The notes beneath the pieces are model-generated. The model had not been told where the DNA came from, made no database searches, and saw nothing but the letters and a program-made list of their open reading frames with translations. 64,000 nt of DNA from Candidatus Omnitrophota bacterium (GTDB lineage Bacteria > Omnitrophota > Gorgyraeia > Zapsychrales > Zapsychraceae). The stretch spans positions 5,355 through 69,354 of the forward strand of contig JANQMA010000013.1 in the NCBI GenBank assembly GCA_028280285.1, given 5' to 3'. Positions 52,921 through 62,088 of this stretch are shown here, one piece after another. A program made the translations under genes and the position numbers. The number at the start of each line of letters is the position of its first letter. Positions within the stretch are counted from its first letter, which is position 1.

Positions 52921-55334
52921 CCGCCACTATTACTGAAACCTGGTGTGGTATCGGGCAAATCAAACTTTTTACGTGTTTGTGAACCATCCGAAACACTGCC
53001 AAAAGACTGATTTGGCAACAAAAATTCTTTTGGCATAGTTGATATCGGGGCGTTATTCCTGTTTAGAAGCTCTATAACCTCACCTTCATTGTTAATTTGA
53101 AAATTTGTATGATAAGGCTGTGAATCGCTGTTAAGATTGGAAGCAAATACAAGAACAAACTCACCTGCACCCAAGGTGTGGGGAATTGGAAATGTCCATA
53201 CGTCTTTTTCATCACGCAGTTTAAGCCCCTTTAATTCAACGCTGAGAGGACCTTTATTATAAATTTCGATCCAGTCCTGAGGGATATTATTCTCATCCGT
53301 GTGACCACCTGTCGTGGTAGCAGATGAAAGCTCATTTATCACAAGCTGATTAGCTTCAGGGAGAGGATCTTCGCTGCTGTCTTCATTGGGATCCCTTGGT
53401 GTCGCATTAGTAAATACTTGAAACGAGACAGCCCCATCCGATGTGCGACCATAAGACTCATCCGGATTAAGGGCAGGTATTGGTATAGGCCCTCCAATAG
53501 GAGTTTTATCAGCATTTAAAAGCTTTAGTTGTTCACCTCCGAGTGCAAGTCCGAAATTAGTATGAAATTCTTGATTACCTTCTCCATTACCTTCGATCCG
53601 ATTTTTATCGGATGCCCAGATCAGTAAACGCTCAAGTCCGCCTAAAAGCTTTTGCGGAAATCTCCAATAAGTTCCTTGTTCATCCTGAAATAAAAGCCCT
53701 TCTAACTCAACTTGTCCACCTGAGGTATTATAAATTTCAATCCAGTCATTTTTCTGCCCATCACTGTCCAGAAAGGTACTATTGTTGTTTGAGACCTCAT
53801 TGATCACAATATTAGTTAATTCTGCCCGTGAAGGATAATCGTTGAAGTTGCGATTAGCGTCATCAGGTGTCGGCGAATTCCATAATCTAAAGGCTCCATC
53901 ATGATTAGAAGAAAGCCCCCAAGAAGTGTCCTCAGCCATTGGACTAACTGGAACAGCTTCAATAATCGTGTTGCCAGCATCTGAATTCATAAAAATAACC
54001 GTTCCGCCCTCATTCTTTTTAATAGAGAAATTGGTATGCGCTTCTTTCTTTCCTTGGGCATTGGTAAAAACCCCATTATCCCCGGAAAGGAAAACAACCA
54101 AATATTTTTGACTTTTAATTTCAATGCCGGAATTAGCCGGGAAAGCCCATATTTTTGAGCCATCGCTAATCTTTAGACCGTCCATAGAAATATCTTTGTC
54201 AGGACTCGTATTGTAAAATTCCACCCAATCATTGTAGTCATTTTCATAGTCACGCAGGCCGCTTTCATTGGCGATATTAATTTCGTTGATAATGATAAGG
54301 TCGGCGTTCGGATTCGCTCCGCCACCACCTGGCGTGCTTGGGTTTTTCTCACCCGGTGTCGGGGTTTGAATATTGGCCAATTGACCGACATCATCAAGCC
54401 GGCCCCAGGAAGTATTCGGGGGGATTCGTTCAACAACAAAGTCATCCACTGTAGGCGTTCCATCCGTATTTAACAGTTTTAGCGTCTCTCCTTCTGCCGT
54501 TATTTCAAAATTAGTATGAAGTCCGCCATTCATTTGTGTGGGGTGTTTATCTGAGGCAAATACAACCAAATGCTGCTTGGGACCAATATCCACATCCGGA
54601 AAGACCCACTGCTTACTGTTATCTGCTACGCGTAATCCTTTAAGGTTAACCGTAATGCTGCCATGTTCATTGTAAAGCTCAAACCAGTCATAAAACTTAC
54701 CGTCCTCAGCCTCATGACCATTTGTATTAGATGAAACTACCTCGTTGATTCTAACAAATTGCGCGTTTTGAACCAGAGGTGTTTGTGTGCTGATGTTAGA
54801 AGCTTTTATACTGGGCGTAGGCATTCGGACAAGTTGCGAACCACCATCCTGCGAACGACCGTATGATTCATCGGTTGCTGCTTGGAGTGTCGTCATACGG
54901 TCAACTTCATCCCCATCTGAATTTTTAAGTATAACCGTATCTCCGTTTGCACTTATTTTAAAAGGTAGGGAGTCACCTGTTAAACAATTGTCTCGATCAT
55001 TGGCCCAAAAAACCTTCCAGTTACCATCTTCACCCATTGTTTGACCTGCTCCAATAATTTGACCAGACGGAATCGTGTAGGTTCCCCCACCAGCATCCTC
55101 CAACACCCAATTTTGTAAATTAACGGCAACACCCCCGGTATTATAAAGTTCAATCCAGTCGGAATGATCCCCGCATGGATCTAAATAATCAGAAGATATT
55201 GTTCCACTATTAGAGGCCATGATCTCATTAATCACAATGTCTGCGTTTGCATTTGTTGATAAGGTAAGGAGAAAAGCTAAAATAAATACGGTCTGTTTAA
55301 TCATCGATTTTACATGGTTTACTTTGTCGTTCAT
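52707..55334 (-). CDS. Secreted protein with five lamin-tail domains (LTD) and a C-terminal type-I dockerin
   Basis: Signal peptide, then five repeats of INE(I/V)...DWIE(L/I)YN...L.GW.L.D......FP...(L/I)..G..LV(V/F). C-terminal duplicated Ca-binding segments DVNNNGTINALDAALTAQ and DVSGDGRINALDAALIAQ (D-x-N/D-x-N/D-G-x-x-N-x-x-D, then AAL.AQ). Confidence 0.8.
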   Translation of the reverse strand: MNDKVNHVKSMIKQTVFILAFLLTLSTNANADIVINEIMASNSGTISSDYLDPCGDHSDWIELYNTGGVAVNLQNWVLEDAGGGTYTIPSGQIIGAGQTMGEDGNWKVFWANDRDNCLTGDSLPFKISANGDTVILKNSDGDEVDRMTTLQAATDESYGRSQDGGSQLVRMPTPSIKASNISTQTPLVQNAQFVRINEVVSSNTNGHEAEDGKFYDWFELYNEHGSITVNLKGLRVADNSKQWVFPDVDIGPKQHLVVFASDKHPTQMNGGLHTNFEITAEGETLKLLNTDGTPTVDDFVVERIPPNTSWGRLDDVGQLANIQTPTPGEKNPSTPGGGGANPNADLIIINEINIANESGLRDYENDYNDWVEFYNTSPDKDISMDGLKISDGSKIWAFPANSGIEIKSQKYLVVFLSGDNGVFTNAQGKKEAHTNFSIKKNEGGTVIFMNSDAGNTIIEAVPVSPMAEDTSWGLSSNHDGAFRLWNSPTPDDANRNFNDYPSRAELTNIVINEVSNNNSTFLDSDGQKNDWIEIYNTSGGQVELEGLLFQDEQGTYWRFPQKLLGGLERLLIWASDKNRIEGNGEGNQEFHTNFGLALGGEQLKLLNADKTPIGGPIPIPALNPDESYGRTSDGAVSFQVFTNATPRDPNEDSSEDPLPEANQLVINELSSATTTGGHTDENNIPQDWIEIYNKGPLSVELKGLKLRDEKDVWTFPIPHTLGAGEFVLVFASNLNSDSQPYHTNFQINNEGEVIELLNRNNAPISTMPKEFLLPNQSFGSVSDGSQTRKKFDLPDTTPGFSNSGGDIAYGDVNNNGTINALDAALTAQHTVTFITLDPDAQVRADVSGDGRINALDAALIAQFTVTFIDKFPVEE

Positions 55335-55491
55335 GACAATAATTCCCTTTTCTTTTTTGAAATGATTAAATCGAAATTTAATTCTTCAGGCAGTATTTTC
55401 CCCCAATACCGCGCAGTCTTCGGATTCTACACTTCAACTATAATTTTCCTATATGAAAACCGTATGGCAATTATGTGAAAATACTGTGAAA

Positions 55492-56766
55492 CTAAAACTT
55501 GACCTGAATGTCTCCCTGATAAATTCGCTCAGGAAACTCTAAGGAGGAGTCGGAATTGATTTTTTTCGCATGGTAGTATGAAAGATTCGCCGTGACATTC
55601 GGCGCTAAACCAATGGTTAACTTACCATCATAGCCTTTAATTCCCGTCTGACCTTCATAGCGGTTAGAATTAGGGAATATGTCCGGAAACGCATCTTGTT
55701 CAAGGTGTGAGTATTGGCCTGTAAACTGCCAGTCGCCAAGGTATTTAACTTTTTGATTACCAAATTTAAGCCCTACTGACCAGGCTTTGTTGATTTTATC
55801 CGGCGCATCGTCATTTCTAAACCAGTCGCCGAATATCGCGATACGTTTAAATTCCTCATGTATCATTTTGCGATAACCTAGTTCAACAGAACCGCCCGAC
55901 ACCCTGAAGTTGTGTGATAAACTACCGGTACAATTCGTCCCGAATAGAGTTAAACCTGAGTTGCTGCATGCTGTGTCGTCGAGCCGCTTTCCTTTTAAAT
56001 GACGAAATTCATAGAAAGTTCCCGCCACCTTTGCATCAAAATCATTTATTTCAACCCCAACGCCCCCTTGTCCATAGATAAGCATCGGATCTTCTGTCGA
56101 AGCAGACAGTTCATCAATAGCCAGGCCGCCGGCATTACCAAATACCGTCACCTTTCTACCTATATTTTTTTCAAGGTGAAGAGCACCACCTTCCGGATTA
56201 ATATCACTGTCCCACAATAATGTTGTCGGTTTCCATATATAATCGTCTGCCTTCCATTTACCACCGACCACTTTCACCCATGGAAACGGTTTGTATTCCA
56301 AAAATCCATAATCAAGGCGTATGTCGGCTTTATCAAAGCTATCAGTAAAAGTCACATTGCCTGAACGTGAATCACCACTGCCGGTTGTAATCCCAATGCC
56401 GCCGGTGATATGTTTATTAATGCGCGAAATCAGACCTATACGCGCACGCAGACGTCCACGCTGACGGCTATCATCAATTCCTTTGCGTTTTTCATATTGA
56501 GTACGAAGACGAATGTCTCCTTTAAGCTCAATGCGCTGTACCCATTGGGGAAGACTAATGAGCCTTCCTTCAACCATATGCTCGGCCACATAACGCTTGG
56601 TTTTGTCTTTTAAAATCGTTGCCTCAATTTCGGACAAATATCCTTTGTCGACTAATTTTTCAATCAAAAGGTCATTATCGGAAATTTGCGCGTAACTTGT
56701 GGAAGGAAATACGGCGGCACCTGCAAGCAGTACGATAAAGATATATTGTAAAATTTTTATTTTCAT
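55492..56766 (-). CDS. Outer-membrane beta-barrel protein (porin-like), C-terminal Phe
   Basis: Signal peptide MKIKILQYIFIVLLAGAAVFPSTSYA, N-terminal helical/coiled segment, alternating amphipathic beta-strand pattern, and C-terminal ...QGDIQVKF (terminal aromatic residue typical of BAM substrates). Confidence 0.6.
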   Translation of the reverse strand: MKIKILQYIFIVLLAGAAVFPSTSYAQISDNDLLIEKLVDKGYLSEIEATILKDKTKRYVAEHMVEGRLISLPQWVQRIELKGDIRLRTQYEKRKGIDDSRQRGRLRARIGLISRINKHITGGIGITTGSGDSRSGNVTFTDSFDKADIRLDYGFLEYKPFPWVKVVGGKWKADDYIWKPTTLLWDSDINPEGGALHLEKNIGRKVTVFGNAGGLAIDELSASTEDPMLIYGQGGVGVEINDFDAKVAGTFYEFRHLKGKRLDDTACSNSGLTLFGTNCTGSLSHNFRVSGGSVELGYRKMIHEEFKRIAIFGDWFRNDDAPDKINKAWSVGLKFGNQKVKYLGDWQFTGQYSHLEQDAFPDIFPNSNRYEGQTGIKGYDGKLTIGLAPNVTANLSYYHAKKINSDSSLEFPERIYQGDIQVKF

Positions 56767-56835
56767 AAGATGTCGTTATCACAGTTGTCTACCCTTGGAA
56801 ACTCAAACACAAAGTATTTGAATAAAACAGGATTA

Positions 56836-59800
56836 TTATTTAAGTATAATGGTTAAATCTGTGGCAGTTAAAACAGTGCTTGCGCTGTCAACAAAGACCC
56901 TCCTCTTTTGCCCCGAGTTAATGGTTGTTCCTTGAAAAATTTCTATGTCTTCAAATATAAAGTAATTTGAATCTTGATCTAAAACGGCATAATCGCTCAA
57001 CACAATCATTGCATTCGTATTATTTTCAATTTCTAAATATTGTGATCCAATCTCTGTTACAACAATATCTTCTTGCGCATTAACCACGCCTCCTAACACA
57101 ATATCGCTGTTATTATCAGTAGATGCACTATCATCCGATGATTGTGATTGATCAGTTTGATCTTCCTGGGTGTTCTCTGCAGCCGTTTCTTCTGTCTGCT
57201 CTGTTGGTTCAGGCATCTGTTCTTCGATAGGTGTTCCCATTTCACTTGACTCTTCCGGCTCTGAAGCAGACGTATTATCTGCGCTTATATCTGTTTGCTC
57301 TGCTTCGGCCTGTACCACTACTTGTGTCTGATATGTCCTCACATCACCGCCTATCCACTCACCATTAACTTTCGTCCACAAACGGGCAAAAACATTGGCA
57401 CCATCCTGCGGCAAACCAGCGGCCAATATATTTAAATCGGTTGTCCCTCCTGAAAAAATAAAATCAGCCGATACACGCGTTGTAAAGATAGAAAATTTGC
57501 GTCCAATATTGAGTTGATATTCCTCGGCATTATTCTCTGCACTCCATGTAAACACTTGCTCTGAACCGCTCAAAGTCGAATTGTCGGCTGGTGTTTGAAT
57601 CTCAGCCGGTTTGGCCGGCTCCACATATTTATTAAAATCCCCCGGTGTCGCCTGATCAAATGATCTAAATATGGTTGATCCATCTGGGAAACGGCCACCG
57701 CTATTGTCACTCGCAATAGTTTGCACTTCAGATAATGTAATCTGATCAATAATATCTATACCATTGCGTTCAACGAGGATGACAGGCTCATCGGATGATA
57801 TTTTAAAACTTGTATGCAAATTCCCTGAAGGATCCCTTTTATCTTTACCCGAGGCATAAAGGATTAAAAACTCTCCCGGACCTATGGAAACACTTGGAAA
57901 CTTCCATTTGGTTAGATTATCTTCACTATCCGTAATGTAGCTGTCCGTCAAATCAATTGTTTGTGTGGTCGTGTTATAAAGTTCAATCCAATCTTGTTCT
58001 TCTAAATCCTCATCAAGCATTTTTTTATCGCCACTATTGACGATTTCATTGATCACTATTTCCGCAGCAGGTGCCGCAGCATCTTCTTCAAAATTAGCAG
58101 TCACGGTAATATTTTTATTTGGAAAGATTGTGTGAACCGGGTTATCAACAATGGTTGAATCGACTGTGAAATTAACAAAACGAAAACCGCGGTTATTCTG
58201 AGCTGCAATCTTAAGTGGTACATCGTTAAAATATTGCCCCGTCCCGTCCAATTGAGCTTTAAATATTTCCGCATCTAGTTGTATCGTTCCACCTTCTTCA
58301 GGAAATGAACGAAAAGTAATCGTACTTGAACCGCTTAAATTAAAAAAGCTTTCAACATAACCACGCATTTCAGCCGGACGGTCTTGAAGAAAACTAACCA
58401 AATGATTAACATTGCTGCGCCAATCACCTTCTGTAAGCAATCCAGCAGCCCATAGATTAAGATGATAAGAAACCCACGGCGCGATTTTTTGCTCGGTTTG
58501 ACGCACAAAGGCAATAGCATTATCGGAACTAAACGTCCCGTTTAAAAGCGCATCAAATTTGCGAATAAAGGCATTTTTAAATTCTATATTCTGAAGAAGC
58601 GGCGCAAGCAATTTGGAATTGTGATTGAGAATACTTAACGAATCGATATGCATAATCGAATCGGCTAATCCAAAAGCTGAATCAAAATCATAATTATAGG
58701 TATGAAATGGTCCCGGTGTCTCCCCTTTTGGGGCATCGCGCCAAAACGCCAAATTGTTTGTTGCAAAATCAATATTTCCGGCAATAATTTGGGCCACCAT
58801 ACCGGAAAGAAAACTCTTTAAATGAAGACGCTGTTTAACATAATTGTAATTTGATTGATTGTTCAGGTTGTTTGCTTGCATAAAATCAATTAAGGCAAAA
58901 AAGTCATCCAAACCTTTTCGTCCGCCAGCTTCAATAGCGCTTTCACTCACTTCTTCATATTCCGCCTGACCAAGATCATAAAAATTTCCGAAAACGGCTG
59001 TGTTATCACTCCGTACAAACACATCCTCAAAATCATTATCCCGCAAAACAATCATGTCCACATCATCATCATCAACTTCCGGATGATTCGCTTCAATCGT
59101 TGAGTTATCACGCTTTTCACTTATATTAACCATACCAAAATTAAATCCATTGATTACAACAAGGATTGCCCCGCCATCAAACCGCATTTCAAAATCTTCA
59201 TCCGTACGGCATAATTCCGCCATAAGCGTATTACGAATACCCAAAGTCGGTTTAAAAAGCGGCTCAGGCTTGGTGGTTTTGACACTATCTTGATTATTGT
59301 TACGCACCTGATAGTGACGATACTTTGTAATCGGCTTATTTAAGACCTCTCCGACAAAATGCGAATGCATCGGATCAACATCTTCATTCGCGGAGATCTT
59401 AAACGGACGCATCCACTCATTACGTGAGCTGGCCCCAATAACTTGAATTTCCGCATCTTGAGAAAAGACTTGCACCCCTTCAGCATTAAAGTATTCGACA
59501 TGCATCGGACGACGCTGTTTTCTTTGTAAATTCGGTGAAGTATCTGGCGTATCCCCACTTCCTGGGAAAATACCGATCCCAGGATCCCATAAATTGTCAT
59601 ATTCCGTTGTAATCGCAAGAACAGGCAGTCCCTTGGCATCAAAATTGATGAAATAAGTCTGCCCGGCCGGTCCACTATTGGCATAGCCGCCTCTAGAGGC
59701 GATCGCGCGGATAGTGGTTGTCTTTGTCACAGTAATCGGTCCGTTATATTTTTGAGAATTTGTGGTAGGAGCTGTTCCGTCAAGCGTGTAAAAAATTTCG

Positions 59801-60393
59801 GCACCTAAAGTGTTTGTTGAAAGACTAACTGTTATGTTGGAATCATAAAATCCACCGCCTTGTGAAAACTGCGGCCGGGAAACCATTGGTGCTCCGTTAG
59901 CCGCTCCTGGTGTAGGCTCACGGAACAAAAGGTGCTCTCCTGTTGTATGCTTACCGAATGATAAGTTACGTGGAATGGCGTCATAATCAATTCTGCTGAC
60001 AATCTGTCCAAACGGGTCCGTTAAAATAACAGCGTCGTCATCATCGGAAAGTCTAAAATTTGTATGGAAATTCGGTGGCGGCGGATCTGTTCTATCTTTG
60101 TTAGATGCAAAAACAACCAGGTATTCACCTGGTTGAATGATATAACTTGGGAAAACCCAGTGGCCAATTGACCCGTCATCATCAGCCAGCCCCCAACCTG
60201 CTAGATCAACAGGGGTTGAGCCATTGTTATAAAGCTCGATCCAATCGGAAGAATCTCCATCTGCATCAAAAAAAATTGTGTTTGATGTAGTGATTTCATT
60301 GACAACAACGTTGGCATGGGCATTCGCTGTAAACACAGCAAAAAATATTGCCAAAAAAGTTGTTAGGAAAGTTGTGCGAGTCCTGCTGTCCAT
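56836..60393 (-). CDS. Secreted LTD / CotH-kinase-like / LTD protein (1185 aa) with beta-repeat and acidic low-complexity linker
   Basis: Signal peptide. LTD1 VVVNEITTSN...DWIELYNNGSTPVDLAGWGL. Fn3/CHB_HEX_C-like FYTLDGTAPT. CotH-like core with HTYNYDFDSAFGL (compare CotH WDxDxxFG). LTD2 IVINEIVNSG...DWIELYNTT. One beta-repeat resembling those of proteins B and C (...ANVFARLWTKVNGEW...). A D/E/S/T-rich linker. Confidence 0.7.
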   Translation of the reverse strand: MDSRTRTTFLTTFLAIFFAVFTANAHANVVVNEITTSNTIFFDADGDSSDWIELYNNGSTPVDLAGWGLADDDGSIGHWVFPSYIIQPGEYLVVFASNKDRTDPPPPNFHTNFRLSDDDDAVILTDPFGQIVSRIDYDAIPRNLSFGKHTTGEHLLFREPTPGAANGAPMVSRPQFSQGGGFYDSNITVSLSTNTLGAEIFYTLDGTAPTTNSQKYNGPITVTKTTTIRAIASRGGYANSGPAGQTYFINFDAKGLPVLAITTEYDNLWDPGIGIFPGSGDTPDTSPNLQRKQRRPMHVEYFNAEGVQVFSQDAEIQVIGASSRNEWMRPFKISANEDVDPMHSHFVGEVLNKPITKYRHYQVRNNNQDSVKTTKPEPLFKPTLGIRNTLMAELCRTDEDFEMRFDGGAILVVINGFNFGMVNISEKRDNSTIEANHPEVDDDDVDMIVLRDNDFEDVFVRSDNTAVFGNFYDLGQAEYEEVSESAIEAGGRKGLDDFFALIDFMQANNLNNQSNYNYVKQRLHLKSFLSGMVAQIIAGNIDFATNNLAFWRDAPKGETPGPFHTYNYDFDSAFGLADSIMHIDSLSILNHNSKLLAPLLQNIEFKNAFIRKFDALLNGTFSSDNAIAFVRQTEQKIAPWVSYHLNLWAAGLLTEGDWRSNVNHLVSFLQDRPAEMRGYVESFFNLSGSSTITFRSFPEEGGTIQLDAEIFKAQLDGTGQYFNDVPLKIAAQNNRGFRFVNFTVDSTIVDNPVHTIFPNKNITVTANFEEDAAAPAAEIVINEIVNSGDKKMLDEDLEEQDWIELYNTTTQTIDLTDSYITDSEDNLTKWKFPSVSIGPGEFLILYASGKDKRDPSGNLHTSFKISSDEPVILVERNGIDIIDQITLSEVQTIASDNSGGRFPDGSTIFRSFDQATPGDFNKYVEPAKPAEIQTPADNSTLSGSEQVFTWSAENNAEEYQLNIGRKFSIFTTRVSADFIFSGGTTDLNILAAGLPQDGANVFARLWTKVNGEWIGGDVRTYQTQVVVQAEAEQTDISADNTSASEPEESSEMGTPIEEQMPEPTEQTEETAAENTQEDQTDQSQSSDDSASTDNNSDIVLGGVVNAQEDIVVTEIGSQYLEIENNTNAMIVLSDYAVLDQDSNYFIFEDIEIFQGTTINSGQKRRVFVDSASTVLTATDLTIILK

Positions 60394-60403
60394 AGAGATA
60401 TCT

Positions 60404-60419
60404 AATAACCGGTTATTAT
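60404..60419. promoter_or_regulatory. Perfect 16-bp palindrome TAATAACCGGTTATTA immediately upstream of the LTD-CotH gene start
   Basis: Self-complementary 16-mer located 11-26 nt upstream of the ATG at 60393, overlapping the expected ribosome-binding region. Confidence 0.4.
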
Positions 60420-60498
60420 TTATCTCTATGATATATATTTAATGTGAACTTTATGTGACAAAGCTGCAAAAGGTGTGTGAATAGTGCAGATTTTTTAT

Positions 60499-61416
60499 TT
60501 ATTCAGATTTATCATTACCTAAATCATTATTTTGCAGTAGTTTATGTAAATCTTCATTTCTCTCAAGCAATTCACGCGTCTGTTTCTGTAAAGCCTCATT
60601 AACCTCGACTAAATCCTTTACCTGATTAATCAAAAAATAATACTCTTCCCGCATTTCACGATTGGAGAAATTTTCTTGACCGGCCGGCTCTTGTGGACTC
60701 GACACATAGTCAGATTCTGGTATTAAGTCATGCTGGGCAATTAAATCCGTCAATTGCTGATCAAAGGTTTCATCCCAGAGCTGAAGTGTTATATGCGCCT
60801 TATTTAATTCCTCATCATAGATCTCAGGATCATCGGCTAATATACGTTTCATTAAAATACTATGATAGGCCAGCAAATGCTCATAATAGCCCAGCATTGT
60901 CGCGACAAGATCTTCGGTCAAAGCTATGGGCTTAATGCCGGCCACTTTGTTTTTGGCCTCTTCAATGTAGTGCATCACCTCAAGCAGCAGGGTTAATGTT
61001 TTTTCATGATCGCGTGTTTTTTGAGCCTCTTCTAAAAGCACGATAAACTGTTCTAAAAAAAGATCCAGCTCCTGATCGATATCAACAATTTCGAGGAGCG
61101 CTTTACCTATTGTTAATTCCGAAGGCCCGACGTTCCTTTGAGGGATAATGGGCACAAGAGCATCTTCTTTTGGCTCCGGATCAAAGGTTTCTTGCCCTTC
61201 TGGTATGCGCTGGGAAATCTCATCCTTACTGATAAAAATAAAAGGAGGTGTTAGATATTCCGAAAAACTTGCCTTAAAATAATTGTCTTTTTCTTTTACG
61301 ACATAAGCATGGATGTCTTCCCCCGACTTCATCCGAAAAGTATCGGCCAAGATATTTGATGTACTCAGGATAAGCATTCCTGTAAAAATTAATGTTATCA
61401 TTGCTTGTGATTTCAT
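60499..61416 (-). CDS. Hypothetical secreted protein with C-terminal coiled coil
   Basis: Signal peptide MKSQAMITLIFTGMLILSTSNILA; no recognisable enzymatic motifs. Confidence 0.5.
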   Translation of the reverse strand: MKSQAMITLIFTGMLILSTSNILADTFRMKSGEDIHAYVVKEKDNYFKASFSEYLTPPFIFISKDEISQRIPEGQETFDPEPKEDALVPIIPQRNVGPSELTIGKALLEIVDIDQELDLFLEQFIVLLEEAQKTRDHEKTLTLLLEVMHYIEEAKNKVAGIKPIALTEDLVATMLGYYEHLLAYHSILMKRILADDPEIYDEELNKAHITLQLWDETFDQQLTDLIAQHDLIPESDYVSSPQEPAGQENFSNREMREEYYFLINQVKDLVEVNEALQKQTRELLERNEDLHKLLQNNDLGNDKSE

Positions 61417-61458
61417 TTTTTTATTTCAATCCAACCATTATTATGTTAAATATGTTTC

Positions 61459-62088
61459 ATGCAAAAGATTTCACTCAATCTACTTCTCTTTACTATCGGC
61501 ATTTGCTTCTTTGCCCATGCCCAAAATCTTTCATCTGAGTATTCTCCTTTAAATCCAGACGGCTCTGTGAACGCCCTCATTGAAATACCGGCGGGCACCA
61601 ATGAAAAATGGGAGCTGTCCAAAGACACACAAACAATCGCGCTAGAACATAAAAACGGCAAACCACGCATTATTCAATACCTTGGCTACCCCGGTAATTA
61701 CGGCATGGTACCTCAAACTTTGCTTGCTGAAGATCAAGGCGGTGATGGTGATCCGCTCGACATTCTTGTGATCGGCGCACCCGCCAAACGCGGAGATATT
61801 ATTCCGGCCAAACTGCTTGGCGTTTTAAAACTTCTCGATGATAATGAACAAGATGACAAATTGATTGCCGCCATGCCTGATTCAGTTTTCGCCAATCTTA
61901 ATTCCCTCGAGGAATTAGATCGTGGTTTCCCCGGCACTCTATCAATTCTTCAAACATGGTTTACTTATTATAAGGGGCCGAACGGCGGCATGGTCTTTAA
62001 AGGTTTCGGCACGCGCGAGGAAGCCTTAGCGATTCTTAACAAAGCTTCTGTTCCACAAACTCTTTCTGCTACTCAACAAACCAATTGA
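61459..62088 (+). CDS. ppa: Family I inorganic pyrophosphatase with N-terminal signal peptide
   Basis: PPase signature DGDPLDILV within EDQGGDGDPLDILVIG, plus N-terminal MQKISLNLLLFTIGICFFAHAQ. It is the only plus-strand gene; its 3' end overlaps gspG convergently by 20 nt. Confidence 0.8.
   Translation: MQKISLNLLLFTIGICFFAHAQNLSSEYSPLNPDGSVNALIEIPAGTNEKWELSKDTQTIALEHKNGKPRIIQYLGYPGNYGMVPQTLLAEDQGGDGDPLDILVIGAPAKRGDIIPAKLLGVLKLLDDNEQDDKLIAAMPDSVFANLNSLEELDRGFPGTLSILQTWFTYYKGPNGGMVFKGFGTREEALAILNKASVPQTLSATQQTN

Noticed and set aside
55335-55491. Sigma70-like promoter with extended -10 (TGTAGAAT, complement of about 55424-55431) upstream of the LTD-dockerin gene
   Set aside because: The -35 region is poor and a single weak match in AT-rich DNA is not convincing. 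It is noted only as a possibility.
22934-60393. Interpreting the giant-gene block as a mobile element, prophage or integrative island
   Set aside because: No integrase, transposase, phage structural genes, flanking tRNA or direct repeats were seen. The genes share strand and architecture with the housekeeping part.
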